From Clostridia bacterium (lineage in GTDB: Bacteria; Bacillota; Clostridia; UMGS1883), in contig JAZQAO010000017.1 in NCBI GenBank assembly GCA_045545295.1, positions 977 to 64,976 of the forward strand: DNA of 64,000 bases. Direction: 5' to 3'. Shown here piece after piece: positions 58,455-64,000 of the stretch. Both the position numbers and the translations under genes were made by a program. Below the pieces are notes generated by a model, which did not search any database, was not told the DNA's origin, and saw only the letters and a program-made list of their open reading frames with translations. Positions within the stretch are counted from its first letter, which is position 1. Every line of letters begins with the position of its first letter.

Positions 58455-61400
58455 TTATTTAATTTCAACCGATGCATTAGCACATTCAGGGTTCATTGTC
58501 AACGAATCAACGCAGAACACTTTTACATATTTAACCGTGTCCAAAGTATCAAGTTCTGCATTAATCACGCTTTGTGCTTGGCACCTCTTAACACCCACAA
58601 GTTTATGATTCTCATTATATACTGCAACTAAAACAGCTCCATCTGCATCATCACTCATAGTTATCGTGATTGATGCCTCCAGGGAATTCTGGCTGAAGTC
58701 TGTAACTTCCATCGAAAGCTCTTTTGGTGCAACAACCTCAACTTCAAACTCAAACTGATTGTCTTTACGATAGAAAGCTTCGTACGTTGTTGAATAAGTT
58801 TCTACCTGAATATTCTTACCATCTTCAGAGAAGTAGAACATTGTCACAAGGCCTGAGCCTTCGTATGTAGTATCATTAGTTTGCTGATTAATAAGAAATT
58901 CCTTGATAACATTTCCGTTTACGCCAACTCTTTCATTCATAACAACGGTATCTGCCGCAATATGACCGCAAAGCAACATAACGATATTTTTGTGATGCTT
59001 CACAAAGTTTTCCCAGATTTCAACACCGCTGTTCTGACCGTAGTTATCAACGCCGTACCAATGAGGAATAAGCTGTCTATCTTCACGCATATAAAGGTGC
59101 GTTGCAACAATTACATTATAATCAGGATGAGCTGCAACAACCTCGTTTGCCCACTCAAGCATAGGGTCTTTTGCACCGCAGTCAAGGTTAAGAAGCATAT
59201 ATTTTCTTCCACCCGCTTCAAAGAGAGTGTAGGTATTTTTCATGGACTCGTCATAGCTTCCGTCAATGGTATCCTTATATTCTTCATAAGAAATATATTT
59301 GTCGAAGTTTGCAACGTCGTGATTACCGCGTATAATCGAGTGAGGAACAACTCCGTCAAGAACGCTGAATGCATCCTTAACAACGTCATACTCTTCTTTT
59401 GTATCCTTGTCGGTAATATCGCCGAGGCTTATTACACGGGCTATATTCTTCGCCTCTGCATTTTCTGCAATCCAGTTGTATGTTTTTGGAAGCTTTTCAG
59501 GCCAGTAATAAGTAGTTTTCTGAATATCCCCCACGATTGCAAGGGAGAAGTCATAATCCCCGACAGGCTCTTTTCTGTTATAAAATCCGTATTCTGCCAC
59601 ATCGGACTTATATAATTCATCATTTATCGTATAAAGAGCAAGGTTATCCATATACATACCGGTATCTGCCATATTACAGTTGAAGAATATTCCCGAAAAT
59701 CCCGGCACTTTTCCCGACGGAAGACTTGTTCCGTAATAGTCGTGTGAGCAGGTATTGGTCATTTCGGTTTCATATCCCAGAACGCTTTTTCCGTCAATGA
59801 ATACTTCCATCAACTCACGTTTGGTATCAATAACAACCTTAATATTAAACCACTGACCGCTTTCGGGAAGCTTCACTGCATAGTCATAGGTGTTTATTGT
59901 AAGAGCCTCTGCCAGGTAGTCAAATTTAACAAGAGTTGCACCACCACCGTTACCTCTTTCCCAGAAGTCTACAATATAGGAAGGTGTCTGCCCCTCTTCA
60001 AAATCGAAGCACAAGTCTGCCGAAACTGTTATAAGACCATTTGAATAGCTGCCGTCAACAGCCTTATACTTTGGCGAAAGGCCATAACATCTCTTGGTCT
60101 GGTCCTCATTTGCACGGTGCAGATAAAGCACACGGGATGCACCATCCTCGCCCTTATCTACAACAACGTGATTGAAGGTAAGGTCGGCATCTTTTACTCC
60201 GTCAATTTCAACACCGTTACCACCGCCGTTACCGGTACCCCATATTGATTTAAAAGCATTTGCACGCTCAAAGTTTTCACTGCTGAGCCAATATGATGTA
60301 CTTACTCTGTTTGAAAGAACATTGAATTTAAAGGTCTTGTCCGCTTCACCGTCAATTTTAGAAGTTAAGATAACTTCGTTGTTTTCGGCATTTCTTGTAA
60401 CAGTACCATCGGGAGCAATTACTTCCGGTTTACTGCTTTCCCACACAACAGCTTTTCCGTTGAATATGGTCGGAAGATTAAGACTTTTTGTAATTGCACT
60501 CGGTGCTTCATCCGTGAAATCCTCATATCTTAATCCTGATGCTTTTTCACTGTAAACTGCAATATCCTTGATTTTGAATTCCGCAGGAGAAAGATTATGT
60601 CTTATCATACCAATCTGCAGAGATTTCAACTTAACTGAAAGGTCATACTCGGGAAGGTTGTGCTCCACGCCCACCTGTGCACCATTAGAATATACTTTGT
60701 ATGTATTTGTGCGGTAGTTTATCTCTATTTCAATGGTTTTATTCACGCCTCTACCGATATTTGCCGTTGTACAAGCCGTGCTTTTTGTAAAGTCTGTTGG
60801 CTGTCCCGTGGGATTGAAAAGATAGAATCTGTCTGTAGACATACGGATTTCTACAATTTTTTTATTATTGCCATCCGTGTCTGTTCCGAAAAGGTACATA
60901 TCAATTCTCGGAGTACCACTGCCCCAGCTGACAAGATTCATCGTAGCAGAAAAGGTAACAACGTCTGCATCTGTCGAAATATCAAGAGGCTTTACAAGGT
61001 CGAACTGACTTCCGACTTCAGTATTCACACGCTTATAATCAATGGCATAGCCGTCAACGTCACTTATAAGTTTCGTGCTTACATTTGACGAAAAATTTGT
61101 TCTGGTATTGCTATAATTCCAGTCAAGAAAACTGCTTTCGTTTTTAGCCGATACACTATTGTAGTTTACTATTTCCTTATCTGCATTTTCGGGAGAATAG
61201 AAGTTTTCCGAATAATAAACTGTTTTTTCTGTCTTAAGAACTGTGAACGAAAGTTCTTTTGTAACAGAGGCACTTCCCTCTTTACTTACTGTAGCGATAA
61301 CTTTTGCATCGCCGTCGTAAGCAGAGGTTCTTCGCACTGTGCCGTCATTTGCGATAAGCGAGGTATCGCTTGATAAAAAAGCTACAGATACGCCCTCTGG

Positions 61401-61616
61401 AAGAGTAATATCTCCATCAAGGGACATATCAAGATTCTTTGTCAAAAGATGTGCAGGTTCATTATCCTGCGTAAGCATTTCTGCAGTAATTGCATCTGCC
61501 ACCGCCTGAACCGATTCATCAACAGTAGCTTCTGTATCTTCCGCAAAAGCAGAAAAACTACCTACCGAAATTACTACAGAAAGGGCAAGCATAAGGCTCA
61601 AAATTTTCTTTGTCAT
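58455..61616 (-). CDS. Secreted multidomain protein: N-terminal Ig-like/LamG-like regions + C-terminal calcineurin-like metallophosphoesterase
   Basis: I prefer the start MTKKILSLMLALSVVISVGSFSAFAE at 61616, with AAAGGAGAGAGG upstream. The phosphoesterase motifs are GDITD, RGNHD, ATHLY and CGHIA. Confidence 0.7.
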   Translation of the reverse strand: MTKKILSLMLALSVVISVGSFSAFAEDTEATVDESVQAVADAITAEMLTQDNEPAHLLTKNLDMSLDGDITLPEGVSVAFLSSDTSLIANDGTVRRTSAYDGDAKVIATVSKEGSASVTKELSFTVLKTEKTVYYSENFYSPENADKEIVNYNSVSAKNESSFLDWNYSNTRTNFSSNVSTKLISDVDGYAIDYKRVNTEVGSQFDLVKPLDISTDADVVTFSATMNLVSWGSGTPRIDMYLFGTDTDGNNKKIVEIRMSTDRFYLFNPTGQPTDFTKSTACTTANIGRGVNKTIEIEINYRTNTYKVYSNGAQVGVEHNLPEYDLSVKLKSLQIGMIRHNLSPAEFKIKDIAVYSEKASGLRYEDFTDEAPSAITKSLNLPTIFNGKAVVWESSKPEVIAPDGTVTRNAENNEVILTSKIDGEADKTFKFNVLSNRVSTSYWLSSENFERANAFKSIWGTGNGGGNGVEIDGVKDADLTFNHVVVDKGEDGASRVLYLHRANEDQTKRCYGLSPKYKAVDGSYSNGLITVSADLCFDFEEGQTPSYIVDFWERGNGGGATLVKFDYLAEALTINTYDYAVKLPESGQWFNIKVVIDTKRELMEVFIDGKSVLGYETEMTNTCSHDYYGTSLPSGKVPGFSGIFFNCNMADTGMYMDNLALYTINDELYKSDVAEYGFYNRKEPVGDYDFSLAIVGDIQKTTYYWPEKLPKTYNWIAENAEAKNIARVISLGDITDKDTKEEYDVVKDAFSVLDGVVPHSIIRGNHDVANFDKYISYEEYKDTIDGSYDESMKNTYTLFEAGGRKYMLLNLDCGAKDPMLEWANEVVAAHPDYNVIVATHLYMREDRQLIPHWYGVDNYGQNSGVEIWENFVKHHKNIVMLLCGHIAADTVVMNERVGVNGNVIKEFLINQQTNDTTYEGSGLVTMFYFSEDGKNIQVETYSTTYEAFYRKDNQFEFEVEVVAPKELSMEVTDFSQNSLEASITITMSDDADGAVLVAVYNENHKLVGVKRCQAQSVINAELDTLDTVKYVKVFCVDSLTMNPECANASVEIK

Positions 61617-61766
61617 TTTCCTCTCTCCTTTTTGCATACTCCTTGACAGATTAATCAATTTATATTATGATTATACCACACACAAAAATTATAAATCAAT
61701 ACGTTTTTGGACGTTTATTTATGTTTTTGGACGCTTATACTTTTTTCTGTTTGCGGGAGGTGCTTT

Positions 61767-62666
61767 ATGCTGGATTACGAAATAAAACCGTTCTTTGTGA
61801 CGGAGCCTTTTAAAATAGATAAACTTTATACAATGTTTCATAGAACACATATCCCCGCTAACAAGCGTTACGCAGGAGAATCTCATGATTTCTGGGAATG
61901 CATCTACCTCAAGGATGGGAATGTTTGCAACTGCGTTGACGGCAAGGTTTACAATATGGAAAAAGGCGACCTTATTTTTTACAAGCCGTTAGAATTTCAT
62001 CACGCCGTTGAGAACGACAAAAAAGCCGATTTGTTTTACTTTACCTTCTCATTGGAAAATTGTCCTGAAGACTTTGCATCCGATACAGTATATAAATTAA
62101 GTTCAAATCAAATGAAAATCATGGAAAAAATAATTGATTTTGCTATGAATGCAATAAAAAACAATCCTTTCACAGAAGAAGAAATTGCCCGTCAAAAAGC
62201 AGAATATATAAACTACGACTATATAAGACCTCTTCTTGCATTCGGGAAAAATACAACCGATACAGCTACAGTAGTAAACTATATAGAGGAACTGTTTCTT
62301 GATTTATATAACACCAAAAACGTTGTTGTAGAAACCGACTCTTTTTACGCAGGAATTTACAGAAAAGCGGTTTTCTTTATGACAGAGCATATTTCGGAGA
62401 AGCTTACCACTCCTGAAATTGCATCTTACTGCAACGTGGGCACAACCACATTGAAAAAGATATTTTTAGAATTTTCAAATCTGAGCATACATAAGCATTT
62501 TATTAAGTTAAAAATCAATCACGCTATTATTCTTTTAAAAAGCGGAGCAAGTGTAAATGAAGCGGCTCTCCGCACAGGTTTTTCAAGTCAGGCATATTTT
62601 TCCGCCGCATTCAAAAGAGAAACAGGAGCTACACCAAGAGATTATTTAAAATGGTATTCAGATTAA
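61767..62666 (+). CDS. AraC-family transcriptional regulator
   Basis: I prefer the start MLDYEIKP, with GGGAGGTG upstream. It has a cupin-like N-terminus and the C-terminal HTH GFSSQAYFSAAFKRETGATPRDY. It is divergent from the secreted phosphoesterase gene. Confidence 0.8.
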   Translation: MLDYEIKPFFVTEPFKIDKLYTMFHRTHIPANKRYAGESHDFWECIYLKDGNVCNCVDGKVYNMEKGDLIFYKPLEFHHAVENDKKADLFYFTFSLENCPEDFASDTVYKLSSNQMKIMEKIIDFAMNAIKNNPFTEEEIARQKAEYINYDYIRPLLAFGKNTTDTATVVNYIEELFLDLYNTKNVVVETDSFYAGIYRKAVFFMTEHISEKLTTPEIASYCNVGTTTLKKIFLEFSNLSIHKHFIKLKINHAIILLKSGASVNEAALRTGFSSQAYFSAAFKRETGATPRDYLKWYSD

Positions 62667-62723
62667 CAAAAAAAGTACACTTTGGGGACAGTCCCCAAAG
62701 TGTACTTTTTTTGTTACATTCCT
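62667..62723. repeat. Terminator-containing direct repeat, copy 2
   Basis: CAAAAAAAGTACACTTTGGGGACAGTCCCCAAAGTGTACTTTTTTTGTTACATTCCT. It overlaps the last codons of the MBL gene. Confidence 0.85.
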
Positions 62724-63514
62724 TTTTCAACTAAGTCTGCGAATTCTTTCTTTACACCGTTAAGGAAGGTCTTCCATTGTTCTTTATCAACGAAGGCATC
62801 CTTATCGCCATCAATAAGCTTCTGGTATCTGTCAACAGTTTTATTGTTCCATACATGGTTTCCGATAAAGATATCTACATCACGGCCAATAACCCTGTCA
62901 ATACCACGAATGAATTCATCACGCAGGCTATGGGGCAGATTATATTTATTAAGGAAATCCAATGTAAGGGAATTAATTCCCACACCGCCGTGCATTGCAA
63001 CATGATAGGTTTTGCCGTCTTCTGCAATGTCAAAGAAAATTGACATTGTCCCGGGAGTATGACCGGGAGTTGAAATAACCTCAATTTTTGTATTTCCAAG
63101 TTCGATAATATCACCGTCGTGCATAATTACATCAGGAGTGAATTTTTCGTAAAATTCGTAACCCAGTTCTTTTGCCCATGTCAAGTCATCAGTACCGTCT
63201 GCATAGGTTTCGTCACCGCAACCAATAAAGGTCTTTGCACCGGTCAGCTCACAAAAGGCCTTTGTTCCTCCAAGATGGTCATAATGACCGTGGGATTGTA
63301 TTATGTATTTTACATCATAAGGAGAAAAACCCAGCTTATATATTGAATTTATAAGCAGATACAAATTTTGTGGATATCCGGTGTCAATAAGTATAAGACC
63401 CTGTCCGGTATCAACAAGATGCGACGAAGCACCATGGCATCCTACAAAATAAAGATTGCCCTTTATCTTAAAAGGCTCCATATATTCTACCCACGGAGTA
63501 TTCATCTGTGCCAT
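62714..63514 (-). CDS. MBL-fold metallo-hydrolase
   Basis: It carries the QSHGHYDH motif, with later HTPG and H motifs. The start is ambiguous among 63532, 63523 and 63514. I prefer 63514 because GGAAGGA lies 8 nt upstream. Confidence 0.8.
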   Translation of the reverse strand: MAQMNTPWVEYMEPFKIKGNLYFVGCHGASSHLVDTGQGLILIDTGYPQNLYLLINSIYKLGFSPYDVKYIIQSHGHYDHLGGTKAFCELTGAKTFIGCGDETYADGTDDLTWAKELGYEFYEKFTPDVIMHDGDIIELGNTKIEVISTPGHTPGTMSIFFDIAEDGKTYHVAMHGGVGINSLTLDFLNKYNLPHSLRDEFIRGIDRVIGRDVDIFIGNHVWNNKTVDRYQKLIDGDKDAFVDKEQWKTFLNGVKKEFADLVEKGM

Positions 63515-63628
63515 AATAATCATCCTTCCCATATTTCGCGATACAGACGTTGTTTTTTGCTTTGTTTTTATTCTATCATAAAAAATTTCTAATTACAATA
63601 CATATTATGGAGTCGTTTACCTAAAGGT

Positions 63629-63720
63629 AAAAAAGAAGCGTGCCGCTTCACCCACGTCGCGCACGTACAAAGTGCAAACACAGTTTCACGCGTATTAATT
63701 TACGCAAATTCCTATACGGT
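63629..63720 (+). repeat. Family-2 repeat, copy D
   Basis: AAAAAAGAAGCGTGCCGCTTCACCCACGTCGCGCACGTACAAAGTGCAAACACAGTTTCACGCGTATTAATTTACGCAAATTCCTATACGGT. Confidence 0.8.
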
Positions 63721-63757
63721 AAAAAAGACGGAACGCTTTTGCGTTCCGCCTTTTTTT
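63721..63757. terminator. Bidirectional intrinsic terminator downstream of the SLH-domain gene
   Basis: AAAAAAGACGGAACGC-TTTT-GCGTTCCGCCTTTTTTT, with one mismatch in the stem. Confidence 0.75.
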
Positions 63758-63777
63758 ATTAAACCTTAATGGTTTTA

Positions 63778-64000
63778 TTATTTTGAGAGATATCTCTGAA
63801 GAACTGTTGCCATTTCTGCTCTTGTGATGTTGTTAGCAGGTCTTACAGTGTTATCTTCATAACCCTTGATAAGATTCTGACCAACAGCCCAGTTCATAGC
63901 AGATACTGCATATTCAGAAATTTCGTCTGCATCAACAAAGCCAAGGTTTTCGCTGAGATCTACAGCATCCATACCCTTGTAGATTGCATATCTGTAAAGG
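63778..64000 (-). CDS. C-terminal part of an S-layer-homology (SLH) domain protein; the gene starts beyond the window end
   Basis: The frame is open to the window edge. The tail FVDADEISEYAVSAMNWAVGQNLIKGYEDNTVRPANNITRAEMATVLQRYL is a typical SLH repeat. Confidence 0.7.
   Translation of the reverse strand, partial: LYRYAIYKGMDAVDLSENLGFVDADEISEYAVSAMNWAVGQNLIKGYEDNTVRPANNITRAEMATVLQRYLSK

Noticed and set aside
1-64000. Prophage, integrative element, defence island, toxin-antitoxin pair or biosynthetic gene cluster.
   Set aside because: I found no integrase, transposase, phage structural genes, restriction-modification or nuclease-helicase pairs, cas genes, small adjacent TA-like ORF pairs, or core biosynthetic enzymes. 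The accessory parts are carbohydrate and regulatory modules.

Overview
This 64-kb window looks like chromosomal sequence from a low-GC, spore-forming anaerobic Firmicute. The yabP-yabQ-divIC-yabR set, HydE, HemZ and an SLH-domain protein point to a Clostridia/Oscillospiraceae-like organism, but taxonomy cannot be proven from this window. I support about 52 protein genes and no rRNA, tRNA, CRISPR array, transposase or integrase.

Housekeeping backbone:
- A long rimP-nusA-ylxR-ylxQ-infB / rbfA-nrnA-truB-ribF string.
- rarA, nth, galK, relA, recJ and uvrA-uvrB.
- A hemZ / uridine-kinase-like pair.

Accessory content:
- Three AraC-controlled modules: GH94/GH3/unknown hydrolase; PIG-L deacetylase + PfkB kinase + NagB-like enzyme; and a secreted LamG/metallophosphoesterase.
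- An orphan AgrC/LytTR two-component system next to a secreted Gly/Ser-rich protein.
- A GH13 enzyme, three amidohydrolase_2 paralogs and three MBL-fold proteins.

Most notable observations, all read by eye:
1. A clear T-box leader with a probable Ile specifier (Leu is the alternative) precedes an HTH-cupin-acyl-CoA-synthetase fusion and an ACT-ACT-MBL protein. I interpret this operon as a candidate tRNA-charging-controlled route for activating branched-chain acids.
2. An in-frame HydE-MnmA fusion ORF whose last codons come from an intergenic repeat.
3. Two families of structured intergenic repeats at gene 3' ends. One is a palindromic element with 7-nt-periodic arms. The other is a ~95-nt three-hairpin unit.
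4. A perfect 23-bp palindrome covers the stop codons of two convergent genes, so both proteins end in DTIKKG.
5. Near-identical ~55-bp terminator repeats bracket a 4.2-kb regulator-plus-exoenzyme module.

I ran no database or covariance-model searches. All family calls rest on recognised motifs.
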